Below, one piece after another: positions 9,999-19,130 of a DNA stretch of 64,000 nucleotides (position 1 is its first letter; every line of letters starts with the position of its first letter). Source of the DNA: Hydrurus foetidus (Eukaryota); the NCBI GenBank assembly GCA_900617105.1, contig UYFQ01000032.1, forward strand, positions 186,001-250,000. The letters run 5' to 3'. Under the pieces are notes generated by a model. That model searched no databases. It was given only the letters and a program-made list of their open reading frames with translations, and was not told the DNA's origin. Position numbers and translations under genes: made by a program.

Positions 9999-10972
9999 CC
10001 TCCCTTGTTAGCCAAGCCCAGCTTCTCAATGATGAGCTTCTCCGAAGCAAAACTCTCCCGTGCAAACTGGGTGTAGGCCGCCGTATCTTTGTAAATCACG
10101 GTTTGGTCGTACTTCTCAAAACTGGTCATCACTGCCGGGTCGTCCAGCGTTTTCTTGAACGCATCCTGGATCGTACGAACCAAGGCGGGGTCCATATTTT
10201 TAGGCCCACACACGCCAAACGGAGAGTCAGAAATGGTTTTGTAACCCAGCTCGTCCAGCGTGGGCACATTGGGCCAGCGCTTGGTGCGTTTTCCGCCGTA
10301 AGTGGCCAACAGGCGCAGCTTGCCGGACTCCACATGCGGGCCCCAACCGGTCGCGTCCGTCGCGCCCATCGTGTGACCACCCAGTACCGCCTGCATGTTG
10401 TCGGCATTGCCTTTGAAGGGCACATGCGTCATTTTGATGCCTGCGAGTTGGCAAAATTCTTCCACGGCCAAATGCGGACTGGTACCCGACCCGGTGGAGC
10501 CATAGGTGAATTTTTCAGGGTTCGCTTTGGCGAAATCCACCAAATCTTTGATGCTCTTGATGGGTGAGTTGGCGGGCACCACAAAGCCAAAGGTGTAGCC
10601 CGTCAAACACGCGATCCAGGTAAAGTCCTTCAGTGTGTCAAATGCCACCTTTTGCATGTGCGGAATGCGGAACACGCCATGCGGCAACTGCGACAGCGTG
10701 TAGCCATCGGGCTTGGCGTTGACCAGCTCAATCGCGCCCAACATACCGCCCGCACCGGGCTTGTTGTCCACAATAATGTTTTGCCCCAGGATGTTGCCTG
10801 CGCTCAAGGCCAACGCACGGATCACACCATCGGTAGAGCCACCCGCAGGCCAGGGGCAAATATAGCGAATCGGGCGCGAGGGATACGACTGCGCACGCAC
10901 CAACGAGGGTGCGGCTAGGCCAGCGAGGACAGCACTTGAAGCCGCGATAAAGTCACGTCGAAAAACAGCCAT
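9995..10972 (-). CDS. Bug/TctC tripartite tricarboxylate transporter substrate-binding protein
   Basis: Tat-like leader, PAGGSTD, DNKPGAGG, HVPFKG. Confidence 0.9.
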   Translation of the reverse strand: MAVFRRDFIAASSAVLAGLAAPSLVRAQSYPSRPIRYICPWPAGGSTDGVIRALALSAGNILGQNIIVDNKPGAGGMLGAIELVNAKPDGYTLSQLPHGVFRIPHMQKVAFDTLKDFTWIACLTGYTFGFVVPANSPIKSIKDLVDFAKANPEKFTYGSTGSGTSPHLAVEEFCQLAGIKMTHVPFKGNADNMQAVLGGHTMGATDATGWGPHVESGKLRLLATYGGKRTKRWPNVPTLDELGYKTISDSPFGVCGPKNMDPALVRTIQDAFKKTLDDPAVMTSFEKYDQTVIYKDTAAYTQFARESFASEKLIIEKLGLANKGG

Positions 10973-11058
10973 AGGTCTCCTGAAGGGGGTTGGTTGGCAG
11001 GGTCTGCGCCGTGGATGTTGCCCGAATTTTGGTTCTGCGTACAGAGGGCCGTGTCACA

Positions 11059-11967
11059 TCACATCCACAAGCGGTAAGCCCAGAAACTCTCATGGCACTG
11101 AATGCCCTCACGCAGCACCTCAGGGCTGAACCCACTGATACGCCGCGTGATACGGTTCATATGGGACTGGTCGGCATAGCCCGTGTCAGCAGCGATCTGC
11201 GCCCATGCCAAAGTACCCTGCGCCTGAGCGGCGACGGTGGCGAAAAAAGCCTCTTCAGCGCGGCCCATCACACGCAGCTCGCGCAGCGGCAAACCGGCCC
11301 ACCGCTTGATGCGCCGCTCCAGCTGCCGCAAACTGCGCCCTGGCGCTGACATGGCGGCCCGCTGCGCCAAATGCACGGCCCAATCGGCGTAACGCTGTGA
11401 TTGCAAGGGTTGACTGGGCCGATGCGCTTGCCAACGGGGTTCTAAAAATTCTTCCAAGATATGCAGTCGCTGCGCATCGTCGGGGGCATCCTGCACCTGC
11501 TGGCACATGGTCAACCAATCAGGGGGCAGCACCGTACGAGCATCTACAAAGCGGTCAATCAAGTCAACCAGCGCCAGACCCGTCATCAAGTGAAGCGCAT
11601 CCGGTGCAATCAACACCATCATCCCGTGCGTCGGCCCAGGGCACCACGTAGAGACAGGTTGGGTCTGTGGCCCGCTCAATACCCAGTGGCCGGGCATGGG
11701 CGTGCCGCCACTGTTCATAACATTCATCAAACCCTCCTGCGAAGCCCCTAGCGTGAGGCTGCTGCCAACAAACCACCAGCTCAAGCTGCACAGAGGTGAC
11801 GCGGGAAAATGGTTGACACGCTGCGCATCGCTCAACGTAGCCCCCAAGGTGTTACGAACCAAGGTGGCACGGATACAAGCGGTCAGCGATGCGCGCGGCT
11901 GCCACAGCGTGCCGCTGGGCAACAGGGCTGGGGAAAAAGCGTAGTGGGTCTTGACGGGAGTAGCCAT
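11059..11967 (-). CDS. AraC family transcriptional regulator
   Basis: C-terminal SLRQLERR...GYADQSHMNR double HTH; start MATPVK at 11967. Confidence 0.85.
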   Translation of the reverse strand: MATPVKTHYAFSPALLPSGTLWQPRASLTACIRATLVRNTLGATLSDAQRVNHFPASPLCSLSWWFVGSSLTLGASQEGLMNVMNSGGTPMPGHWVLSGPQTQPVSTWCPGPTHGMMVLIAPDALHLMTGLALVDLIDRFVDARTVLPPDWLTMCQQVQDAPDDAQRLHILEEFLEPRWQAHRPSQPLQSQRYADWAVHLAQRAAMSAPGRSLRQLERRIKRWAGLPLRELRVMGRAEEAFFATVAAQAQGTLAWAQIAADTGYADQSHMNRITRRISGFSPEVLREGIQCHESFWAYRLWM

Positions 11968-12065
11968 AGCGCGCAGTGTAGGCCGCCCTGCGATCAAACT
12001 TGGTAATCCCCTGTGGTGTCGATTTCGTTCAAGACAAAGCCCTGAAACAACAGCAACATCCGTCC

Positions 12066-13562
12066 ATGAACACAAGCACGACACATACTCTGCGCTCCAT
12101 TGAAGCACCCTCGCCCCGTGCCCGCCCACCCGGCCCTCAAGGCCGATGGTGGGGCCTGTCCTTACTGGCAGATATGAAGCGCGACTATGTGGGCTTTACC
12201 ACACGCCTTCAACGTGACCACGGTGACATCACCTTCATGCGACTTGGCAATGAGCGAGCCTGGGACTTGATGTCACCGGAGCTGGTGCGCGAGGCCTTGG
12301 TCACCCATGCGGACAAACTCATCCGATGGGAACGTGGGATCGAAGTGTTTGTCGACCTGTTTGGCCAAAGTGTTTTGGTGACGGAGGGGGCCACTTGGCA
12401 GCGTCAACGGCGCATGCTGATGGCAGCATTCACGCCCAAGCGGGTAGCGGGCTACGCGGCCCTGATGACCGATGCCGCCCAAAAAGCCTTCGACAGTCTT
12501 ATGCCTGCGGGCCAAATGCGGGCAGAGGTGCCCATGGACGCACTGTGGAGCCGCGTGACCATGGACGTTATCTTGCACACCTTGTTTGGCCCTGCAGCCC
12601 AGTCAGACTCGGTAGCCGCCATCCACGCCACCCAAACCTTGTCAGCCACGGCTTACCGGGAAATGTTCCAGCTGTTTACCCTGCCAGACTGGTTGCCCTT
12701 GCCGGGCAAGGCCGCCAAGCGACACGCCTTGCGCACCTTGCGGCACTTGATTCAAACGCATATCACCGCGCGGCGAGTGGCTACTACTGAGGCAGCTGCG
12801 GCATCTGCTGCCGCAAACTCGCAAGACCTGCTAGGCCACCTTTTGGCACTGCGCGATGAGGAAACAGGTGGTACGCTCTCTGAGCAGGAAGTGTTTGACC
12901 AATGCATGGTGAGCTTCCAGGCGGGGCATGAAACATCGGCCACCACCCTGCTGTGGTGGAGCCGCCTGATGGCAACGCATCCTGAAGCGGCCCAACGTGC
13001 CCGAGCCGAGGTGATGGCCGTTGTCGGCAACGGCGTACCCGATCCACAGCACATGACGCAGTTGCCCTGGCTCACGGCCACCCTCAAAGAAGCCATGCGC
13101 CTGTACCCTCCGGTTGCTGCTCTCATGTCCCGCCGCACTACCGCGCCGATGGCACTGGGCGGGTGGCACATTCCCCAGGGGGCCATGCTGCGCATCACAC
13201 CTTGGGTGCTGCACCGCGATGAGCGGCTGTTTCCTGAGGCACATGCGTTTCGCCCTGAGCGCTTTTTGGACACTGCCCCCCCTCTTCCTAAAGGTGCCTG
13301 GATACCGTTTGGCGTTGGCCCCCGTGTCTGCCTGGGTCAGCACTTTGCCATGCTGGAAATGACGCTGTTGTCAGCCATGCTGCTGCAACGGTTCACGCTG
13401 AAGCTGCCGGAGGGTGCGCCGCCCTGTGAACCTGTATTGCATGTGACGCTGCGGCCTCAAATACCTGTGCAGTTGTGGCTGCAACGCTTGACACCCAACG
13501 ACGCTGTTCAGCGCCCTACGGGTAGCGCCGTGTCAGCGATTCAGCCACGCACACCGGCTTAG
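12066..13562 (+). CDS. Cytochrome P450
   Basis: AGHETS I-helix, EAMR (ExxR), PERF, FGVGPRVCLG heme Cys. Confidence 0.95.
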   Translation: MNTSTTHTLRSIEAPSPRARPPGPQGRWWGLSLLADMKRDYVGFTTRLQRDHGDITFMRLGNERAWDLMSPELVREALVTHADKLIRWERGIEVFVDLFGQSVLVTEGATWQRQRRMLMAAFTPKRVAGYAALMTDAAQKAFDSLMPAGQMRAEVPMDALWSRVTMDVILHTLFGPAAQSDSVAAIHATQTLSATAYREMFQLFTLPDWLPLPGKAAKRHALRTLRHLIQTHITARRVATTEAAAASAAANSQDLLGHLLALRDEETGGTLSEQEVFDQCMVSFQAGHETSATTLLWWSRLMATHPEAAQRARAEVMAVVGNGVPDPQHMTQLPWLTATLKEAMRLYPPVAALMSRRTTAPMALGGWHIPQGAMLRITPWVLHRDERLFPEAHAFRPERFLDTAPPLPKGAWIPFGVGPRVCLGQHFAMLEMTLLSAMLLQRFTLKLPEGAPPCEPVLHVTLRPQIPVQLWLQRLTPNDAVQRPTGSAVSAIQPRTPA

Positions 13563-13971
13563 CCACGCCCTCGCGCTCTACCGAGATTTCCCACACCATT
13601 TGCATCCCACCATTGTCAATCGGGTCGCATTTGAGCAGCTTCATGTGCGCGCGCAGACGGCTGCCCACGGGCACGGGTGACATGAAACGCACCTTGTTCA
13701 GCCCGTAGTTCACCCCCATTTTGGATTCCACGATCTCAAACGAAGACTCAAAAAACTTCGGCAACAGCGACAGCGTTAAAAACCCGTGGGCGATAGGCCC
13801 ACCGAAAGGCCCCGCCTTGGCACGCTCCACATCGACGTGAATCCACTGCTGATCGCCAGTCGCCTCGGCAAACTGATTGACTTGGGCTTGGGTGATGGTG
13901 ATCCAGTCGCTGCTGACCGCCTCTTGGCCCACAAAGTTGGCGGCATCTGCCAGGGTTTGAAAAGTTTTCAT
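13516..13971 (-). CDS. MaoC family dehydratase
   Basis: FAEATGDQQWIHVD, IAHGFLTLSL, NYGLNKVRF. Confidence 0.9.
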   Translation of the reverse strand: MKTFQTLADAANFVGQEAVSSDWITITQAQVNQFAEATGDQQWIHVDVERAKAGPFGGPIAHGFLTLSLLPKFFESSFEIVESKMGVNYGLNKVRFMSPVPVGSRLRAHMKLLKCDPIDNGGMQMVWEISVEREGVAKPVCVAESLTRRYP

Positions 13972-14018
13972 AGGTCGTCTTGCTCCGTTATGGTTGATTT
14001 CACTGCTATGGTAACGGG

Positions 14019-14711
14019 ATGGACTCTCAAAACCCGCCCCAAAGTGACAGCATCTATGTCATCGCCGCCCATCCTGATTGGCGCAACTCCAAAATCAACC
14101 GGCGCTTGTTCGCGCAAGCACACAGCGCAACCCTTGACACAGCCACGAGCCCGCGCGTGGTCGTCAACGACCTGTACGGCAGCTACCCGGACTACTTCAT
14201 CGACATCGCCACCGAGCAACGCCGCTTGGCCGCAGCGAAACTGGTCGTCTTGCTGCACCCCATTCACTGGTACTCGATGCCAGCCCTGCAAAAACTGTGG
14301 CTTGACGAGGTACTGACTTTCGGTTGGGCCTATGGACGACCTGAGGGCCAACCCAGCGCCCTGCACGGTAAAGACCTGTGGCTGGTGGCCACCACCGGTG
14401 GCTCAGAAGCCGCCTACCACCCACAGGGTTACAACCGTTACTTCTTCGATGCCTTTTTGCCACCCTATGAGCAAACTGCCACCCTGTGCGGCATGCGCTT
14501 TTTACCGCCCTTGCTGCTGCACGGTGCCCATGCCCGCCCTGAAGCGGAGGTAGATGCCCACATCGCGGTATTTGGCGCACGCCTGCAAAGCTACCCCCAC
14601 TGGCCCGAGCTGGACGACCTGGACGCTTGCCCCACCTGCATCGTGCCTACCACCGAGCGCCCGCCAGAAACGGCTTTATCCGCATCATCCGCATCATCCG
14701 CATCGTCATAA
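14019..14711 (+). CDS. kefF: KefF/KefG-like NAD(P)H oxidoreductase (flavodoxin-like)
   Basis: AHP, PIHWYSMPALQKLWLDEV, GWAYG; directly upstream of kefC. Confidence 0.8.
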   Translation: MDSQNPPQSDSIYVIAAHPDWRNSKINRRLFAQAHSATLDTATSPRVVVNDLYGSYPDYFIDIATEQRRLAAAKLVVLLHPIHWYSMPALQKLWLDEVLTFGWAYGRPEGQPSALHGKDLWLVATTGGSEAAYHPQGYNRYFFDAFLPPYEQTATLCGMRFLPPLLLHGAHARPEAEVDAHIAVFGARLQSYPHWPELDDLDACPTCIVPTTERPPETALSASSASSASS

Positions 14712-14717
14712 CAAGCT

Positions 14718-16550
14718 ATGGAACACACCCCTTCTTGGCTGGTCAACAGCTTCATTTACCTGTCTGCCGCCGTCATCGCGGTGCCGCTGTCCAAAGCCAT
14801 CGGCTTAGGCTCCATCATTGGCTACCTCGCGGCGGGCATCGCCATCGGGCCTTGGGGCTTGGGGCTGGTCAGCAACGTGGAAGACATCTTGCACTTTGCC
14901 GAATTCGGCGTGGTGCTGATGCTCTTTTTGGTCGGGCTGGAACTGGAACCCAAGCGGCTGTGGAGCCTGCGCCGCCCCATCTTTGGTTGGGGCAGCGCCC
15001 AAGTGCTGGGCTGCGCCGCCGTGCTGATGCTGGCGGGCTGGGCTTGTGGCGTGCCGTGGAAGATCTCGCTGGTGGCCGCTTTAGGCCTCGCCCTGTCCTC
15101 CACCGCCATCGCCTTGCAAGTGATGGGCGAGCGCAACCTGCTGCAAACGGCCAGCGGGCAATCGGGGTTTTCAATTTTGCTGTTCCAGGACGTAGCCGCC
15201 ATCCCCATCTTGGCTTTGCTGCCGCTTTTGGGCACCGTTTTAGAGACCGATGTGGACTTAGAGCAGTCCAGTAAAGCGATGGAAGCTCTTAAAATCATAG
15301 CAGTGATAGGCGGCATCGTGCTCGGTGGCCGTCTGCTGATGCGCCCCCTCTTCCGCTGGATTGCACGCTCGAACACGCCAGAGATATTCACCGCCGCGTC
15401 TTTGCTGCTGGTCGTCGGCATTGCAGGGTTAATGCAGCTCGTAGGCCTGTCGATGGCGCTGGGGGCGTTTTTGGCAGGCGTACTGCTGGCCGAAAGCGAA
15501 TACCGGCGCGAGCTGGAAACCGACATCGAGCCGTTCAAAGGCCTGCTGTTGGGCCTCTTTTTCATTGCGGTCGGCATGAGCATCGACTTTGGCGTGCTGA
15601 TGAAATCGCCCGGCCTGATGGCCGCCGTGGTGCTGGCGTTCTTCACGCTCAAAATCGCCACCATTTACGGCCTGACACGCCTCATGGGCCTGCCCATGCA
15701 AGAGCGCCCCGTGCTCACGCTGCTGCTGGCACAGGGCGGCGAATTCGCTTTCGTGGTGTTCCAAACCGCCGCCGGTGCCCATGTGTTCTCAGCAGAAACC
15801 GCATCCCTGCTGATCGGTGCCGTCGCCATCTCAATGCTGCTCAGCCCGCTGCTGCTAGTGCTGGTCGATAAATTCGTGTTGCCCCGCTATGCCAACGCCA
15901 ACAAGTCTACGTTGGAAGAAATCTCAGAGCCGCAAAGCGCCAGCGTCATCATTGCCGGCTTTGGCCGCTACGGCCAGATCGTGGTGCGGGTGCTGAGCGC
16001 CCAAGGCATCAACACCACCGTGCTTGACCATGACGTGGACATGATCGAGACCGCCCGCCTGCTGGGTGCACGGGTGTTCTACGGCGACGCGACACGGCTG
16101 GATTTGCTGCGCACCGCAGGCGCTGAGTCCGCCAAAATTTTGGTCATCGCCGTGGACAGCGTAGACCAGTCGCTCGCCATCGCCGACCTGGCCCGCGAAC
16201 ACTTCCCCCACCTCAGCGTCGTGGCCCGCGCCCGTGACGTGACGCACGGGTACAAACTGCGCGACCGGGGCGTGAGCCACCTGGAACGCGAGCTGTTCGA
16301 AAGCAGCTTGCGCTCGGGCCGCAGCGTGCTGGAGCTTCTGGGCTACGCCCACCACGAAGCCCGCCGTGCTGCGCTGCGCTTTCGCCACCACAACCTAGCC
16401 TTGGTCGACAACATGTACCCCCACTACAAAGACCGGGGCAAAGCCATTGCTGCCATCAAAGTGGGGCGCCAACAGTTTGAAGACCAAATGGCGCAAGAGC
16501 GCGCTGAACATGAGCAGCGCACTGGGCCACCGCAGGGTTGGGGGCAGTAG
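14718..16550 (+). CDS. kefC: Glutathione-regulated K+ efflux antiporter KefC/KefB
   Basis: CPA2 TM domain (AEFGVVLMLF, LLFQD) plus KTN domain (IAGFGRYGQ). Confidence 0.9.
   Translation: MEHTPSWLVNSFIYLSAAVIAVPLSKAIGLGSIIGYLAAGIAIGPWGLGLVSNVEDILHFAEFGVVLMLFLVGLELEPKRLWSLRRPIFGWGSAQVLGCAAVLMLAGWACGVPWKISLVAALGLALSSTAIALQVMGERNLLQTASGQSGFSILLFQDVAAIPILALLPLLGTVLETDVDLEQSSKAMEALKIIAVIGGIVLGGRLLMRPLFRWIARSNTPEIFTAASLLLVVGIAGLMQLVGLSMALGAFLAGVLLAESEYRRELETDIEPFKGLLLGLFFIAVGMSIDFGVLMKSPGLMAAVVLAFFTLKIATIYGLTRLMGLPMQERPVLTLLLAQGGEFAFVVFQTAAGAHVFSAETASLLIGAVAISMLLSPLLLVLVDKFVLPRYANANKSTLEEISEPQSASVIIAGFGRYGQIVVRVLSAQGINTTVLDHDVDMIETARLLGARVFYGDATRLDLLRTAGAESAKILVIAVDSVDQSLAIADLAREHFPHLSVVARARDVTHGYKLRDRGVSHLERELFESSLRSGRSVLELLGYAHHEARRAALRFRHHNLALVDNMYPHYKDRGKAIAAIKVGRQQFEDQMAQERAEHEQRTGPPQGWGQ
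15261..15302 (-). repeat. Intragenic 42-bp bipartite motif, copy in kefC
   Basis: TGCT-ATGATTTTAAG-AGCT-TCCAT-CGC-TTTACTGGACT-GCTC. Confidence 0.7.
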
Positions 16551-16700
16551 CGCCCACTCCCGTCATGCAAGTATGTTGATCCGGCATGGCCTTGCCGCCA
16601 AAGCATCACACCTTACCCATTGCCCCAGCGCATGCCGTCCAGTATCTTCACAGGGTCAGGTTGCTGACGGCACACTCACCCAAAAAACTAGGCATGACGC

Positions 16701-17867
16701 ATGGATATAGCACGCAGAACAGTATTGGCAACAGGTTTACGAACGGGTTTACTGCCCGGTTTAGGGCTTTGGGCTGCTGGAGCAGGCAGCACCTTTGGAC
16801 AATCCAAGCTGCTGACTGGCCGCCGTATCGTATTGGGTCAGTCAGTACCCTTGACGGGGGCTGCCAGTGACATTGGACTGGCCTTCACAGCGGGGGCCAA
16901 GCTCTATGTCGACGCATTCAATGGTCGCCGGGGCAATCCGGGTTGGCATTACGAACTGCGCCAACTCGACGACGGCTACGAACCCGTGAAAGCTGCAGCC
17001 AATGCCAGGAAAATGTTGACCGAAGGGGCCGATCTCTTGTTCGGTTTTGCAGGCACCGCCAGCAGTGATGCTGGTGCCGAGGTAGCCCGGCAAAACAAGG
17101 TGATTTTCTTTGGGCCATTTGCAGCATCAGACACGCTGCGGGATGCTGCGCATACCAACGTCTTCCACGTACGCCCCAGCATGGCCGATGAAGCGTTCAA
17201 AATGGTGCGCCATTGCGCCACACTGGGCCAGAATCGCATTGCCGTCGTGGCAGAAGATGACGCCATGGGTCGCGCGGGTCTGGCGGCGGTGGTTCAGGCC
17301 CTGATCGAACTCAAACTGCCGCCGCTGGTGGTATCGGTCATGGTGCCGGTCAACAGCGACAAGGTTGACGCCGCAGTGGCCACAGTGGTGTCCGCACAGC
17401 CGCAAGCCATCCTTCAGGTGTCACTCGTCAATACGACAGCAGCGTTCATCCGCAAAATGCGCAAAACGGGTTATTCGGGTGCCTTTCTTAATTTTTCAGT
17501 GGTGGGCATAGATCCACTTTTCTCCGCACTGGGGCGAGACATCGGTGGTGTGGTGGTGTCGCAAGTAGTGCCTTCGCCGCGCAGTTCAGCCACACCCATC
17601 GTCAAAGAATACCTGGCCACCCTCGAAAACTCTGACCAAACTCCGTCCTACGAGAGCCTGGAAGGCTATATTGCCGCCAAAGCACTGAACGAGGCGATAC
17701 GCCGCGCAGGCAAAGACTGGGACACTGCCAGCCTGCAAAAAACGATGACCCACATGAACGACTACGACATCGGGGGCTTTCGCATCAACCTGCGCGCCGG
17801 GATGCGCGACTCGGTACGCGCCATCGACTTGGTAACCATCACCCCCGAAGGCAAAGTGTTGCGCTAA
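16701..17867 (+). CDS. ABC-type branched-chain amino acid-like substrate-binding protein (orphan)
   Basis: Tat-like RR leader, LGQSVPLTG, LDDGYEP, SLEGYIAA. Confidence 0.85.
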   Translation: MDIARRTVLATGLRTGLLPGLGLWAAGAGSTFGQSKLLTGRRIVLGQSVPLTGAASDIGLAFTAGAKLYVDAFNGRRGNPGWHYELRQLDDGYEPVKAAANARKMLTEGADLLFGFAGTASSDAGAEVARQNKVIFFGPFAASDTLRDAAHTNVFHVRPSMADEAFKMVRHCATLGQNRIAVVAEDDAMGRAGLAAVVQALIELKLPPLVVSVMVPVNSDKVDAAVATVVSAQPQAILQVSLVNTTAAFIRKMRKTGYSGAFLNFSVVGIDPLFSALGRDIGGVVVSQVVPSPRSSATPIVKEYLATLENSDQTPSYESLEGYIAAKALNEAIRRAGKDWDTASLQKTMTHMNDYDIGGFRINLRAGMRDSVRAIDLVTITPEGKVLR

Positions 17868-17872
17868 ACACC

Positions 17873-19105
17873 ATGCCCGGCCTGCTAATGCCCTTGCGCC
17901 GCATTGCCCACCTCGACATGGATGCCTTTTACGCGTCCGTCGAGCTGCTGCGCTACCCGCAACTCAAAGGATTGCCGGTGGTGATTGGTGGAGGTCGTCG
18001 CCCAGCCGACGAGGTGCTGCAACTGCGTGACGAATTGCCTATCAACCAGTTTCCACTGTTGCAAGATTACGTGGGCCGAGGTGTCATCACCACCGCCACC
18101 TACGCGGCGCGGGCCTTTGGCATCGGCTCAGCGATGGGATTGATGAAAGCCGCCAAACTCTGTCCGCAAGCCATTCTGTTGCCTGTGGATTTTGCCCAGT
18201 ACCGCCACTATTCCCAACTGTTCAAAAGCATCATCCAAGACATCGCTCCGGTGATGGAAGACCGGGGCGTGGACGAGGTCTACATCGACTTCTCCGACGT
18301 GCCCGGCGGTCAGCGCGAAGGCGGGCGCACGTTGGCACGCCTGATCCAAAAAGCCATCTTCGATGCCACCCAACTCACCTGCTCGGTGGGTGTGGCACCG
18401 AACAAGTTGATCGCCAAAATGGCCAGCGAGTTCAAAAAACCCAACGGCATTGCCATCGTGCATGAAGCCGACTTGCCCGCCGCCATCTGGCCGCTGGCCT
18501 GCCGCAAAATCAACGGCATCGGCCCCAAAGCGGAAGCAAAATTAACAGCACTGAACATCCACACCATAGGTGACTTGGCTGTCTGCGAGCCACAATGGTT
18601 AATCGCCCGCTTCGGCAAAAGCACCGGTGCCTGGATGCACCACGCCGCCTGGGGCCGCGACGACCGCCCCGTCGTCACCGAGAGCGAGCCCGTCTCCATG
18701 AGCCGCGAAACCACCTTTGATCGCGACTTGCACGCGGTGCGCGACAAAACCGAGTTGGGCGCGATATTCACCAAGCTGTGTACCCAGCTGGCGGCAGATT
18801 TGCAACGCAAAGGCTACGTCGGCAAAACCATAGGCATCAAGCTGCGGTTTGATGATTTCAAAAGCGTCACGCGCGATGCCACGCTGGCGCAAGCCACCGC
18901 TGATGCGGCCACCATCCGCCGCACCGCAGGGCTGTGTTTAAAGCGGGTGGATTTGTCCCGGCGGCTGCGGCTGCTGGGAGTGCGGGTGGGGGCGTTGTCC
19001 AAGCTGGATGCCAACGAAAATACCCCAGAAAATAGGCTTTTAAAGCTTGCTAAACCAGCTGATAAAGCTACTAATACCATAGCATTTAATGACCAACTCT
19101 TCTGA
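17873..19105 (+). CDS. dinB: DNA polymerase IV
   Basis: HLDMDAFYASVE, YAAR, GVDEVYID, RLLGV. Confidence 0.95.
   Translation: MPGLLMPLRRIAHLDMDAFYASVELLRYPQLKGLPVVIGGGRRPADEVLQLRDELPINQFPLLQDYVGRGVITTATYAARAFGIGSAMGLMKAAKLCPQAILLPVDFAQYRHYSQLFKSIIQDIAPVMEDRGVDEVYIDFSDVPGGQREGGRTLARLIQKAIFDATQLTCSVGVAPNKLIAKMASEFKKPNGIAIVHEADLPAAIWPLACRKINGIGPKAEAKLTALNIHTIGDLAVCEPQWLIARFGKSTGAWMHHAAWGRDDRPVVTESEPVSMSRETTFDRDLHAVRDKTELGAIFTKLCTQLAADLQRKGYVGKTIGIKLRFDDFKSVTRDATLAQATADAATIRRTAGLCLKRVDLSRRLRLLGVRVGALSKLDANENTPENRLLKLAKPADKATNTIAFNDQLF
19043..19084 (-). repeat. Intragenic 42-bp bipartite motif, copy in dinB 3' end
   Basis: TGCT-ATGGTATTAGT-AGCT-TTATC-AGC-TGGTTTAGCAA-GCTT followed by TAAAAGCCTATTTT. 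Confidence 0.7.
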
Positions 19106-19130
19106 TCTTTTTTCCTCAGTTCCTGGGCTC

